From Callorhinchus milii (lineage: Eukaryota), in NCBI RefSeq assembly GCF_018977255.1, contig NW_024704792.1, positions 124,001 through 188,000 of the forward strand: 64,000 nt of DNA. The letters run 5' to 3'. The notes beneath the pieces are model-generated. The model worked only from the letters and a program-made list of their open reading frames with translations. It was not told the DNA's origin and did not search any database. This document shows, piece by piece, positions 39,401 to 53,365 of the stretch. The number at the start of each line of letters is the position of its first letter. Position 1 is the stretch's first letter. Both the position numbers and the translations under genes were made by a program.

Positions 39401-41470
39401 TAAAATCCCACACTCCCAATTAATATCCCAAGTACCCCATTAGTACTCCACAACCCAATAATACCCCTCATAACTTTAATAGTCCACACCTCATTACTAA
39501 CCCACAACACATTATTATGATGCTCCCCATAAACCCCATGAATACCCTAGCAATACTACACACGCCGCATTATTACACCGCACAAGCCGTTAATACCGCA
39601 CACCCCATTAAAACCACACGCCTCAGTAGTACAACAAACTCCATTAATACCACACACTACATTAATACATCATGCCCCCATTAATAAATCACATGCCCTA
39701 CTACTACGCCACAAAACACATTAATGCCACACACATCATTAAAAGCACACACCGCATTATTTCCACAAACCCCATAATACCGCACATCCTATCAATAATG
39801 CGCACTGCGTTCATACTCCATAAATACTCCAAAACCCATTCATGCCATATGCACCGCATTAATGGTACCGACACCCCATTAATGTCACAAACACCGCAGT
39901 AATATACCACATATCCTGTTGATACCCGACACAGCATTCATTTCCCAAACCTATTTACAACGCACAACTCATTAATGCCTCATACACTCCACTAATGACA
40001 GGCATAGCCCATTAATATGCCCTAACTCATTAATACACCGCAGACCCACACCACTTTTAATAACCCACAGCCCGTTATTACCCATAACCTCATTAATACT
40101 CTACAGCACATCAATTCTCCACACCCCATTAATACGCCTTACACCAATAACACTTCACAACCCATTAATACCATGTCAAACCTGTTAGTTTCCCACACAC
40201 CGCATTAATACCCCACAACCCCCATTAGTACAGAAATCAACCCATTTTTACCTCTCACCTCATTAATACCCAACACAACAGCATTGATAACCCATCACAT
40301 TCTATTTATAACCAATGCGGCCCATTATTATCCCACACACTCCATTAGTAACCCACACAACCCAGTTCTATGACAAACCTCATTAATAACCCACAACCTT
40401 TAATAAACACACACAATTGATAACTTACACACCCAATTAATACCACACACACATGTAATACACCACAATTCATTAATATCCCTCACCCCATTGATAATCA
40501 ACACAGTATTAATACCTCATATCCCAGTAACACCCCAAAAGTAAACACACATGCCAATGATACACCAAAAACTCCATTAAAATCCCATTAATGCCGCACA
40601 TTCCATTAATGCCACACAACCCATTGATACAGCACTCCCAATTGATACCACATGCCACATTAATACCCAACAACCCTTTAATACCGCAAAGCCCACTGAA
40701 ACACCAATCTCCATTAATACCCCAAACCCCATTGTTACCCTCCATCGCATTGGTATCCAACACCGCTTTAGTAACCCTCACCCCATGAATACCTACACAA
40801 CCAAATAATTCCCCCACCAAGGTAATACCTCAGAGCCCAATAATAGCCCACATAGCTCATTAGTATCCCACACCACTTTAATATCACACACCCAGTGTAC
40901 ACACCACACCCTAATAATAACCCACACACCATTATTAACCCATTTATACTCCATCACATAAATATGCCATTAATAACCAATAAATAACCATTAATATACC
41001 AATGACACTCATTAACACATTTAACACACCAGTAATTCCACAAATTCCATTACTATCCAACAAACCAAAGGAATACCCCACACAAGGCATTAATACCAAG
41101 ATCAATCGATTAATACCCATCACCACATTGATACCCTATTACATCGCATTAAAAGAATATGTAGCCCTTTAATGATCCCACACACTTCATTGGTACCCCA
41201 CACCACCCAGTAATATGCCAAACCCCATTAAATACCAATACCCGACTGATACCCCAATACCTCATTGATACCCAACACGTCCCATTGATACCTAACACAT
41301 ATTTACTACCGCACGCACATGTAATACACACACCGCATTAATACCCCTCACTCCATTCATAGCCACAACCCAGTAGTACCCCATGAACCATAATAGTACA
41401 TATCACAAACACACTAATACCCTATTAGCACTATACATTATATCAACACCACACAACTCATTGATACAAC
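30416..41470. repeat. ~11-kb degenerate ~17-18-bp minisatellite (CCCCATTAATACCACACA-like) with kb-scale internal duplications; resumes at 42055-42135 after an L2 insertion
   Basis: Very frequent cattaatac cores on a G-poor plus strand. A small L2-type tail is embedded at ~30845-30920. Confidence 0.95.
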
Positions 41471-41474
41471 CTTC

Positions 41475-42055
41475 CCCCTCTGGCTCCACGCTGGACAGCG
41501 TCTCAATACGCTGCACAGTAATGGATCCCGGGGCCCAGCCAGGGAGAAGGAGAGGAAGGTGACCAAAGGCGCGGTTGATAAGAAAGGTCTTCAGTAGAGA
41601 CCTGAAAATAGGAAGAGAGGGGACGAGGCGAAGGGAGTGAAGAAGGGAATGCCAGAGCCTCGGGGATATTGGCTGAATGCACGGCTTCGGAGGGTGGAGC
41701 GGAGGACTAGGACGGCGAACAGGCAAGAACCGGAGGAGCGAAAGCAACGGGTACTGTGGTGAAGACAGAGGAGGTCAGAGAGTTCGGGGGGTGCAGAGGA
41801 GTGGAGAGATTTGATGACAAGTGTGAGGATCTTGAAGTCGATCGTCTTTGGGACAGGCAGCCAGTGCAGTCTGTCGAGGATTGGAGTAATCGGAGTTTGG
41901 GTAACAATTGGTGTGGCAGATTTTTCTACGACCTGAATGTTATGGACGGTTGTGGAGGGGAGACCGATGAGGAGCGCATTTGAATAGTTCAGCCGAGAGC
42001 TGGAAAAAGGCATCGACCCGGATTTCAGCAGTTTTTGGAGTGAGGCATTGGACGC
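41475..42055 (-). mobile_element. L2 LINE 3' fragment inserted in the minisatellite
   Basis: SSRLNYSNALLIGLP...PITPILDRLHWLPVPKTIDFKILTLVIKSLH...LWHSL. Confidence 0.9.
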
Positions 42056-43209
42056 CAAACACCCAATTAATTCCACACACCCCATTAATACCACACTCCA
42101 CGTTAATACCAAGCACCCAGTAATGCCACACTTATTGGATATTCACGTGAGGTAGCGTTCTGCAACGCGTGGCATTGGTCGAGGCCCAAGGGAGTGCTTC
42201 TTGACTTAAGCTCAATCATAAAAGAGCGATTTCAGCCGAGATTGGGCAGTGGGAGGGAATGAATTCCAGACTTTCGTAGTTCAAGGCACGGCCTCCAATG
42301 TTGGAGGAGACGAGAGATGATGAGAAGTCCGGCGTCAGCCGTGCATATGCAGTAAGTTTGGAGTGTGGCTTAAGCAAATTGGATCAGGAAGGAAGTACAG
42401 GAGCATGAACGGATTTGAAAAGTAGCGAGAGCAACTAGAAATCAATCCGTTCGGTAATTGAGAGCCATTGGAGACTGCAAAGAATTGCAGTGATGGGATA
42501 CAGATTGTTGTGCCCTTGATATGAGCAGAATTTTCTTGTTTAACTCTCAGAAGTGAAACGATTCAAGTTTAGGATGGAAGACAGGAAGAGGAAGCCAGCG
42601 AGGATGAAAAGCGAGGAGGTAATTAGTTAAACACTAAATGCGTTTGACATTGATTTCCAGCACGGAAACGAGGACATTCGGCCCAGATATTCTATGCCGA
42701 TTTTCGCTCTCTCTCTTTTCTGCACTCTCAATCCACTCCTTACTCCCTCACTTCTATTCCCACTTTCCTTATGTGTCTATCTCAGTTCATCTAAAACACA
42801 GCTCATTTAGATCCCACAGTAACTGTTTGGTTTATGTCCCCGGTTAAGCCTTTCAGCCTACATCTGCTAACCTTATCGAACCATTTTATAATTATAGACT
42901 CTTCTATTAGTTTCCTTGTTGAACATCACTTCTTTAGTGAGGAAAGGACTAATGTATCGGATCAAACTGTCATGATATCATTAATCTGTCACACGGGGAT
43001 CATGCAAGTGGATTAGCCTTTCTCTTCGGGAGGAGTGCTGCACTTGAAGAGTAAATGGGAAGTGAACAGGTGCATGGCATCTCCAATAATGAAGCTCACC
43101 CCCAGCACTACACTGGCAGTGTCAGTGTTATCCGACGTGTAGCTTGAAACACAGGCCAGAATGAGCGGACTGACAAACGCTTATAATGTTCTTACGTTCT
43201 GCATTTCAG

Positions 43210-43374
43210 AGCAAAAGGAAGACCTCACACATCCCGTCAGGATCAGCTGAGGATGGAGGTGACCACGCAAGAGACGTGATTGAAGGCAAAGGTTCAGCAA
43301 ATGGAGAGGGGGTCTGGTCAAAAAAGGAGGCGTCTCACTTGGTGAAAACCAAGACCTGAAAACATCTAAACACG
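43210..43374 (+). pseudogene. Candidate internal exon (SKRKTSHIPSGSAEDGGDHARDVIEGKGSANGEG/LVKKGGVSLGENQDLKTSKH) with an apparent 1-nt deletion in a G run
   Basis: Acceptor TTCTGCATTTCAG| and donor CACG|GTAATT. All three frames stop as assembled (phase-0 TGA at 43357). Adding one G near 43310 gives an open phase 0-to-1 exon. Confidence 0.4.
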
Positions 43375-44173
43375 GTAATTTTTCTGCAAAAATCTGCACA
43401 GATATATTGAGCACAAAATGATTTGTCCCTTTTTTTTGCCACTGCTGACACTGTTTTCCTAATTCTGTCATTAATCACATTTTTCATTTCCAAGGAATGG
43501 AATCAGAAACTATCCTGAACCGGGTCCAACCAATGCATCTTTACTTTCTGCTGTTCACAGAATTCTCTAAGTTAGCAGTCCAAAGCAAACAAACTTATAA
43601 GGAAGTAATCATGCCTCAGTGATTAGGGTACCGTTAAAAGGCCTTGAAAATATTAAGCATCACAAATATAATCTTATAGAGATACATAATCCCAGCTGGT
43701 CAGGCCAAGACAGTAAGTGAGGTTTAATACTTCATATGAAGGATGGCACATGCAACAATGCAACAAATCCCCAGCATTAAATTAAAATTGTCTCACAGTG
43801 TCCTCGCCAGACGTCAACAGCACGGATCACTCGCCCTCTCAGCTAACGGCTGTTTGCAGGAAGCGGTTGCCGGCAAAAACTAACTCTGACATAAACTGAC
43901 TTGCCTGAAGGGCTCTATATAAATGCAAGTTATTGTTGACCACAATAGTTAATAGTAATTACTGTGAAGCACTTTTGAGCCTTGGACTTGTTCAGGCACT
44001 ATCCAAATGCTAATATTAATTCAGAATTGCTGAAGCAGCAATTCCTGAAGAAAACGCTCATATGTTGCTCACATAGGTCTTTGTTTTCTCCCATCAGCTC
44101 AAAATTGGATGGCACTGCGGGTCACCCTTTCCCTAATCGTAACGTTGTGATTTTTCATGCTGAGTTCTGTCAG

Positions 44174-45180
44174 AAACAGAGCAGAAGACATCGAGGGCAC
44201 CATTGAGATACATCAGGCGCATGGTCTGCATGCAGCGTAAATTCTTCATCCCAGAAGAGTGTGTCAGCGATCTACCACATATAAGAACAAGAATTAGGAG
44301 CAGGAGTAGGCCATTCGGCCCCTCGAGCCTGCCCTGGCATTCGACAAGATCATGGCTGATCTTCAGCCCTAACTCTAATTATCTGTTCTATCCCCTAAAC
44401 TCTCTATTTTTAAAAAAATCTTTCAGTCTCTGCCGTGAAGATCTTCACGTATTGTACTGTAGCAGAAAAGGGGTTTATGCAAACAGGAACGTCTCCAGCA
44501 ATCGATCTTAGTAGAGTTATTGTACCAATGTACCGAATGCTAAAAGAATTTCACAACGTCAAACTGCACCAGCCATCACACCCAGGAGAGAGACCCTATA
44601 ACAGTGCCGAATGTGGAAAGACATCCACACGTTTCGAGCTTCTACAGATACACCATCGAACGCACAGGAGAGAGACCGAATCACCGTGCTGACTGTGGTT
44701 GAGTTTCACACGTTCATGGCAGCTCCAGAGACACCATCGATCACACCCAGGAGCGAATGTATATGTTTCCCGATTGTGAAAAGTGTTTAATATCTTCAGA
44801 AGTCTCAAAGACAGCCATCACACAGAGACGAGAGAAAGAATAAAGTAACAACTTGTAAGCTGTACTTCCAAACATACTAAAGAGGGCCCGTGGGAGAGAC
44901 TGTGTTAATGTCTTGAATGTGGGAAGAGATTTGCTGTTTCCAGCAGACGAAATTTCAGAAATGCCTTGAAAGACCGTTACTATCGGAAAGGTTTCCAGAA
45001 GACGCTGCTGTTCGCAGCCAACAAGAGAAGCTGCTGTGAGACAAACAAGAACATTACAATTGTGAGGAAGAGGATATATATCCACTAGATCCAACAGCGA
45101 CTCATAGTTGACGCACAAGTACGGCAGTTGGTCCCCATTTCTCCTGACCATGTGCTGGAGCGCCACGATCTACTGAAGTA
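44174..45180 (+). pseudogene. Decayed C2H2 zinc-finger exon, interrupted by a CR1 tail (~44278-44430)
   Basis: Acceptor TTCTGTCAG| (phase 1). Linker and finger remnants HQPSHPGERPYNSAECGKTSTRFELLQIHHRTH and CLECGKRF (44909). Cys/His residues lost; stops and frameshifts present. Confidence 0.7.
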
Positions 45181-45259
45181 CCTAACACACGTGGCTGTTG
45201 TGCCCATGTGAGCTATCACCAGGATGTGTGCCTCCTGCCGAATATAACAGAATGGCACG

Positions 45260-48200
45260 GTGAGAAATCAGAAGTGTGACCCCACTTAACTCGAGTTGCG
45301 ACCTCCACCGTCACTGCTAACATCAAGACTCGAGCTTGGAGCCGACCGGTGTGACTAGAGTGAGCCGACACCAGAGTGGGATGGAATTGGGTAAGTGTGG
45401 GAATTACTTGTTTTAGCATCTGTGTATGTACTAACTGTTTTATTGCCTATATGTATGTGTACTAACATTAAACCGCTGATAGAATTGGTAAATTGGGTTT
45501 GTGGTTAGGGATAGCAGGAGCAGCTGTGGTCAGTGTACCAAACACAAATTCAATCCAATTAAAATTAACTTAACAATAACAAGTAGCAGTCCGCAGATTT
45601 CTGATATCACTTAAGTATAAATTGCTGCTAACATGAAGAAAAAATAACAAGTTGGGGTAAATAAAGGGGAGAACTGCGGGAGCCTCACGAGATTACACAG
45701 GTGTGAGCTGCCACTGAGGCGAAACCAGAGTGAGAAGGAATTGGGTGACGAGTGGGAATTAGGTACAGAAGTAGTTGCAGCGCTGGGCTTGTGGCCAAGG
45801 GGTTAAATATACATGGTGGATTTTTTTAAAAAAAACACACTTTGAAAGAAAAAATCCTAAAATACAGAGTGAGAGAGAGAATGGAGAGGACGGCCTAACC
45901 CGTGTTGTTCGAGGAAAGCAATAGGTGGGAGTTGATGGAGGACATTCTGAGCCCCGGCGACTTCACACGCAGCGAGTGTCTGCCACTGAGGAAGCTCCGG
46001 CTTCGAGTAGCTGAGCTGGAATCCAAGTTGCAGACACTGCGCCGCATCAGGGAGAACGAGAACTTCCCGGATAATATGTCGGAGAAAGCGATCACTCCTC
46101 TTAGGCTCAGTAAATGTATCGATCTTGTTTAGGTGGCGGGGATCCAGGAGTGAGGAGCTATGAACCGACCATTCCAAGTCTGCCGGCCAGGTAACCGGGA
46201 TCCCTCGGAGGACGGTCCAAGGGTGTCTCAGACCTTTTGACCTTCAGCCTTCAGCTCCGCTCTCAATCTCTCCCCCCCCCCCCCCCCCCCCCCCCCTGAC
46301 CTTCGCTCTGACCCACTGACAGCGCTTGGACGTTCCTGGTGAAGCCTCATAAATGGAACCTTGTTGTTGTTGTTGTCGAACAGTTATGAGGTACTTGTAA
46401 CCTGTGTTGACATGGAAGCCCTGAAGCATAGTGGGAAAGCTGTTTGCAGGAGGTCAGCCTTGTGGGGGAAGCACAAAGAAATGCGGTTATGATAGGGGAC
46501 ATTTGTTGAAAAGGCTTTAAAATAGTAAAGAGATGGGGTGTTTTGATGGTAAAAATAACAACAATATAGGGCAAGTAGAGGACAAGAGTAACGATCAAGT
46601 TAACATGAACACTATCGGAAAATGATGGTAATAGGAAGTTAGTACACAATGTGTAGCAAATTAAAGTGTGAGAGAAAAAATATTATCAGAGCCTGTAGGC
46701 AAGTTGATGAAAGTTATCCAAATGAAAATTATATACACATAGCATAAGAAATAAAACATGCGAGCTGCAAGCACAAATTCAGCTCAAAGGGTATGACGTA
46801 CAGAGACTTGGTTGCAGTACTGGCAGCAAAATATTCGAAGCTGTAAAATCTTTAGAAAAGAAAGGAACATTAGGATGGAAGGCAGAATAACAATATTGTT
46901 TAAAGAGACTCTTACAACAGTGGAAATGAGAGAATCCAATATGGGCAACCAGGTAGTGAAAACACTTTGGGTAGAAATAATGAAATAATAACGAAGGAAG
47001 ATTCCATGGGAAGTTATCTACATACCTCCAGAGAGTTGTGATTTATGGCGAAATATATAAATACGGAAATCGGGGAAGCTTTGAGCAAAGTCAACATGGT
47101 TGTAAGGGGAGATTTTAATTTTCACATAGACTGGAGAGAAGCAGGACACCTCAGTTAGCGAATTTCTGTAATGTATTGAGCACAGCTTTTTGGAACAATA
47201 CCTGTTAGAGCAAACAAGGCAACAAGCCATACTAGATTTGGTGATGAGCAATGAGCCAGATGTCGTCAATAATGCGACAGTAAGTAAACACCTTGCAAAT
47301 AGCTATCATAATATGATTGAATTTGACATAAGATTTGAGAGGGATCAGGTGGAGTCCCAATCCAAGGCACTAAATTTAAGTACGGCAAAATTCAATGGAA
47401 TGGGGAATGTATTAACCGCAGAAAACTGCGCTGGATTGCTAGTGGGTAAATCTGCAGATGAGCAATGGGAAGCATTCAAAAAATTATTGATACTGTGCAG
47501 AACAAGTAAATATCTCTCAAATACAAAGGCTCCAATCGTGCAGTTAAACAACCATGGTGGACACAGTCCACAGGTTAGAAAGTCTATCAAGCTCAACGGA
47601 GAAGCTTACTCGAATGCAAAAGATAGTGGAATGCAGATGCGTGGGAGGAATACAAAAGGCAACAAAACGAGAGGAAGAAGGTAATAAAAGAAGCAAAAAG
47701 GGAGTATGAACAAAACCTTGCAAGGGACATCAAAACCAATAACAAGAGCTTTTATAAATACATCAAGAGGAAGAGAATGGTAAAGGCGAATGTGGGTCCA
47801 TTAAAGACAGATAGAGGTGAGACGATAATAGAAAATAAAGATATGGCTGACTTGATAAATAAGTAATTTGCTACAGTTTTTACAGTAGAATATGAGGACG
47901 ATACAAAGCGTACATGGGAACCTGAAAATAGGTGAAAATACGTATTTATTAAACTGAATATCATTAAAAAGGTGAGGGAGAAAATTATGACTCTCAAAAT
48001 AGGCAAATTTCCAGGAACTAACAGCTTCCATCCCACGGTATTAAAGGAGATAGGACAGGAAATTGCAGATGCATTGGTCATGATGGGCACTGTGCCGTTA
48101 GATTGGACTATTGCCAAAGTTACCCCTTTAGTTAAGAAGGGAGGGAGGCAGAAACCAGAAAATTACAAACCTGTCAGATTCACGTCAGTTGTAAGTAAAT

Positions 48201-49540
48201 TACCAGAATCCTTCATCAGGGACAGAGTGACTGAACAGTTGGAGAGGTATCAGCTTATCAAAGGGAGTCAGCGCGGGTTGGTAAAAGTTAGGTCGTGCCG
48301 ATCTAACCTGGTTGAGTTTTTTGAGGAAGTCACAAAAATGGTCGATGAGGGAGTGTCTATGGATGTCGTTTACATGGAGTTTCAGAAGGCACCTGATAAG
48401 GTTCCACACAAAAGATTGTTGGAAAAAGGAGAAGCGTGCGGATCGGAGGTAACCTTGTGATGTGGTTTCACCATTGGCTGTGAGGCAGAAAACTAAGGAT
48501 AAGGGAACGTTCTCTGTTTGGGGGGACGTGACAAGCGGTGACCCCAGGGGTCTGTTCTGGGACCTCAGCGTTTTGCCATATACATATAAATGACTTGGAT
48601 AAAGAAATATAAAGTTTTATATCCAAGTTTGTGGATCACACTCAGATGAGAGGCTGAGCAAGTAGTGAAGGTGGAACTAGGAAGGTACAGAGTGACTTAG
48701 AGAGACTAAGTGAGTGGGCAAAGCTGTGGGAGATGGAGTTCAATGTAGAGAAGTGCGAGGTTATCCATTATTGATCGAAAAAAATAGGATAGATTACTTT
48801 CTTGGCGCGGAGAAAGTAAGAGCTGTGAATGAGCAAAACTGTTTGGGTATCTAAACCCACAATTTATAAAAAAAATTGTTCCCAAGTGCAAAACCTATCA
48901 AAAAGGCAAATGATATGTCTCTGGAGGCCTGGAATACAAAGGGGAAGAAATGATGCTTCAGCTGTACACAGCGTTAGTCAGACCCCACCTGGAGACTGCG
49001 TTCAGGTTTGAGCATCACAGCGCAGGAAAAATGTATTGGCCTTGGAGCGGGTGCAGCGCAGATTCACCAGAATACGACCAGACCAAAAAGGATGAAGTTA
49101 CGACGAAAGGCTGCGGAAACTTGGGTTGTGTACTCTCGAGCTTAGAAGATTGAGGGTCAATTAATAGAGGTTTTTAGGATGATAAAGTGTTTGATAGGAT
49201 AGATACAGAAAACCTATTTCCTTTGTTGGGGAACTGCAAAACGAGGCATAGTCTTAAAATTAGAAGCAGAGCATTTAAGAGTGAAATTGGAAAGCATGTT
49301 TTCACTCACAGGGTGAGAGAAATCTGGAACTCTCTCCCCAATAAGGTCTTGGATGATGGATCCATCCACACCTTCAAGAACGAGATTGATAGCTATTTGG
49401 TAGGTCGGTGTGTGAGGAGAGGGGGAGAACGTGGTAAATTGGATTTGAAAATCTACTAAAAATATAGATCAGTCGTGATCTAATGAAATGGCAGAACAGA
49501 CTCGACGGACTGAATTGCCGACTTCGGTTCTTATGTTCCT
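45260..49540 (+). mobile_element. Near full-length but decayed CR1 LINE: 5' UTR, ORF1 remnant, ORF2 EN-RT and 3' tail
   Basis: ORF1-like WELMEDILSPGDFT.SECL.LRKLRLRVAELESKLQTLRRIRE (45900-46070) and NAVMIGD (~46480). ORF2 QAILDLVMSNEP, DWTIAKVTPLVKKGGRQKPENYKPV, DVVYMEFQKAPDKVPHKRLL, PQGSVLGP, VRPHLE and FTHRVREIWNSLP. Tail ttcttatgttc. Confidence 0.9.
46135..46378 (+). mobile_element. Short L2 3' end nested in CR1 ORF1
   Basis: tttgaccttcagccttcagctccgctctc...cagcgcttggacg...(ttg)n matches the reverse complement of the L2 ends at 56325 and 60973. Confidence 0.7.
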
Positions 49541-49542
49541 GA

Positions 49543-50492
49543 ATGTGTGTGTGTGTGTGTGTGTGTGTCTCTCGGGTCTGGTTGTGTGTGTGTGTGTGTC
49601 TCTCGGGGCTGGTTGTGTGTGTGTGTGTGTGTGTGTGTGTGTCTCTCGGGGCTGGTTGTGTGTGTGTGTGTGTCTCGGGGCTGTGTGTGTTTGNNNNNNN
49701 NNNNNNNNNNNNNNNNNNNNNNNNNNNNNNNNNNNNNNNNNNNNNNNNNNNNNNNNNNNNNNNNNNNNNNNNNNNNNNNNNNNNNNNNNNNNNNNNNNNN
49801 NNNNNNNNNNNNNNNNNNNNNNNNNNNNNNNNNNNNNNNNNNNNNNNNNNNNNNNNNNNNNNNNNNNNNNNNNNNNNNNNNNNNNNNNNNNNNNNNNNNN
49901 NNNNNNNNNNNNNNNNNNNNNNNNNNNNNNNNNNNNNNNNNNNNNNNNNNNNNNNNNNNNNNNNNNNNNNNNNNNNNNNNNNNNNNNNNNNNNNNNNNNN
50001 NNNNNNNNNNNNNNNNNNNNNNNNNNNNNNNNNNNNNNNNNNNNNNNNNNNNNNNNNNNNNNNNNNNNNNNNNNNNNNNNNNNNNNNNNNNNNNNNNNNN
50101 NNNNNNNNNNNNNNNNNNNNNNNNNNNNNNNNNNNNNNNNNNGTGTGTGTGTCTCTCGGGGCTGGTTGTGTGTGTGTGTGTGTGTCTCTCGGGGCTGGTT
50201 GTGTGTGTGTGTGTGTCTCGGGGCTGGTTGTGTGTGTGTGTGTGTGTGTGTGTCTCGGGGCTGGTTGTGTGTGTGTGTGTGTGTCTCGGGGCTGGTTGTG
50301 TGTGTGNNNNNNNNNNNNNNNNNNNNNNNNNNNNNNNNNNNNNNNNNNNNNNNNNNNNNNNNNNNNNNNNNNNNNNNNNNNNNNNNNNNNNNNNNNNNNN
50401 NNNNNNNNNNNNNNNNNNNNNNNNNNNNNNNNNNNNNNNNNNNNNNNNNNNNNNNNNNNNNNNNNNNNNNNNNNNNNNTGTGTGTGTGTGTG
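49543..50492. repeat. (GT)n-ctcggggctggtt minisatellite spanning two gaps
   Basis: Directly visible. Confidence 0.9.
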
Positions 50493-50916
50493 ATTTAGGG
50501 GTAAATCAATGTGTTTGTCTGTCTGTGCGTCTGCGCTGTCACTGTGTATGTGTGTCTTTCTGTCACTTTGTGTGGCTCTCGCTTCTTGTCTACTACGTAT
50601 CTTTTTATTTCTTTCTATGGGTAATAATCCCTTTTAAGCAACTATTTTAAAATAATCATTTGGTCAATTTACCGACGACTATGTGTGGGGTACTGCTGTG
50701 TGCAATTGGCTGGGGGAGCTCGGAACAAAAAATATACATTGAAGCCACTTTATCAAATGGAAGGATTATTATTTTGTTTTTGTTTTTGCTGTTTGTGTTC
50801 GTGTCTCTGTATCCGTGTCACTCTTTATCGCTATGTCTGCTATCGTGTGCCTTTCTGCTTCTCTTGCTCCCTCTGCATATCTGTGTGTGCATAACAATGT
50901 ATGGGTGTGTCTGTAT

Positions 50917-51228
50917 TTAATAATAATAATAATCCTCGCATTTGATATAGCGCTTTTCACTTCGGGAGGAAGTCCCAAAGCGCTTCACAGAACACAGTGT
51001 AAAGTGAATTGACTGTATATTTTTGGGCGTACGCGGCGGCCGATTGCGCACAGCAATGTCCCACAAACAGTCGTAGATTGAAAATGACCAATTTATTATT
51101 GTTTTTGGTTTTGGAGGATTATTATTAGGCTCTGTGTGGAGTAAGGAAACTTGGCGGAGGTTTGGCCCTCTGCCTGGAATTGAATCACTTGCAAAGCGAG
51201 TGCTCTAACCACTGAGCTACAGGACTCC
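50917..51228 (-). mobile_element. Young Deu-SINE copy (small deletion in head)
   Basis: Nearly identical to 6708-7035. Confidence 0.9.
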
Positions 51229-51866
51229 TATTGGTCACTGTGTGTGTGTGTGTAAAATATACTGTGAAGCTACTCAATTTAATGGAAGCATTATTATTAT
51301 TATGATTTTATTCTTTGTGTTCGTGTCTCTGAATCTCTGTCACTGTGTACCGCTGTGTCTTCTGTCGTTCACCTTTCTGCATCTCTTGCTCACACTTTGT
51401 CTCTGTGTGTGTATGACAATGTATGAGTGTGTCCGTGTTTTTCAGTGTGTGTGTGCGTGTGTGCCCTCCGTTTTCATGTTTGTCTCTCTGTTTCTCTCGC
51501 TCTTTCTTTTTCACTTTTGTCTGTGTCTTCTTGTGTGTGTCACTGTGTATTCCTCTCCGTGTCTGCGTTTGTCGTTGTGTCTGTATGTGTATAATGTGTC
51601 AGCTATTAGCTGTAGAAAAGTCGGTCTTTCTCTTTCTAACCTTTAGAACTGCCATCTGCCCGGTAACTTGTGACGAGTTTCCATTCACTTTAAAAGGTTA
51701 TATGTCTATCTGTGCCTCCGCGTGTCTCACCGTGTGTTTTTTTGTCTGTGAGTTTGTGGGTGTGCACCTCTCTACGCCTCTGTCTCTGACACTGCGAGTG
51801 TGCATCATTGTGTCTCCATTTGTGTGTCTGTATATGTGTGTGTTTGTGTCTCTGTCTCTCTGTATC

Positions 51867-51902
<36 letters not shown>

Positions 51903-52561
51903 TATCTGTTTCTGTATTAGTGTCAATGTCTGTGTGTGTTTCTGTGTTTGTCTCTGTACTTCTGTCTCTATGCGATAACGTTTGTTTCTCTGTGTTTGAG
52001 TTTTTGTGTCTGACACATGTTGATGTGACACAGGTCCACAGAAACACAGAGGAAACAAGAGAGAAAGAAAGGCACAAATAGAGGCAGCAGAGACAGGGTT
52101 TTATATTGAAGATTCTGAAAGAATCAATAAAGTAGGACATGGCAAACTGTTTTATTCTGTACTTAACTGTAGAGGAAGACACGGCCTTCTACAGAAACGG
52201 GGAAAATTCAGACATCTGTGGAAAACCTATTTCAGTGAGAGAGCAGAAAACGTATTGGACACGTTCTCAAGGGAGACAGCGGAAGCAGAAAGTGTAATTG
52301 ATTTCAAGACAAAAAATAGGTAGATTTCTGCTAGGCATTGATATAACAATAACATAATAATAATATCGTGATAGTGCTTGCATTTGCCTCATCGATTTTC
52401 AATTCTTATCGTTGTTCCAAAGCGCTTCACAGAATAGACTTGAAAGTGAATTAACTGTATATTTGTGGGGGAACTGCATCAGCCAATTGCACAAAGCAGT
52501 GTCCCACAAACAGTTGTGGATTGAAAATGACCAATTTATAATTTTTTCCTTTTGGAGGGAT

Positions 52562-53057
52562 AAGCAGCGCAGATGTACGAGGGTAGTAGCAGGGATGAAG
52601 AGGATGAGTTACGAGGATAGGATGACAAATATGGTCCTATATTCTCCAGAATATAGAAGAATTAGCGGGGATCTTATAGAAACCTATAAGATCATCAAAG
52701 GGCAATGATAGAGTAGATAGTGGGAGATTGTTTCCCCTGTTTGGAGAAACCAAACACCAGGGGTCACAGACTGAAAATCAGAGGCAGCCCTTTCGCACTG
52801 AGTTGAGGAAGAACTTCTTCACTCAAAGGGCAGTGAATGTATGGAACTCACTACCCCAAAGCGCTGTTGACGTTCAGTTCTTGAGCATATTCAAGACTAA
52901 GATAGATATGTTTCTTATTGCAAAAGGGATTAAGGGAAATTGGGAAAAGGTAGGGTTAGGTTATTAGCTGGAGATAAATTAGAAGATCATCCACGATTGA
53001 ATGGCGGGGCAGCATCGAAGGGCCGAATGGCCTACTCCTGCTCATACATGTTATGCT
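52562..53057 (+). mobile_element. CR1 3' end
   Basis: QRRCTRVVAGMKRMSYEDR...GDLIETYKIIKG...FFTQRAVNVWNSLPQ plus the gaatggcctactcctg tail. Confidence 0.88.
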
Positions 53058-53365
53058 TTAAAAATAATCATTGCATTTGATATAGCGATTTTCACGTCTT
53101 CGAGACGTCTCAATGCCCTTCCCAAAATATACTGTAACGTGAACTGACTATATTTGTGGACGAAACATGGCAGCCGTTGTGTACATCGCCTTCCCAGAAA
53201 CAGTTATGGAAAAAGCGATCACATTGACAGGTTTCCCCATGTGTGATTTATGCACAAAAACATTGCTGGGAAATCAAGGGGAATTTTCTCTGATGTTAAA
53301 GTATGTATTTAAATGAGTGCAATAAACAATGGACTTGCCTGATATCCTTAAATCAACTTGAACAT

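Noticed and set aside
49488-50650. 316-367-aa ORFs
   Set aside because: Made of (GT)n repeats and N gaps.
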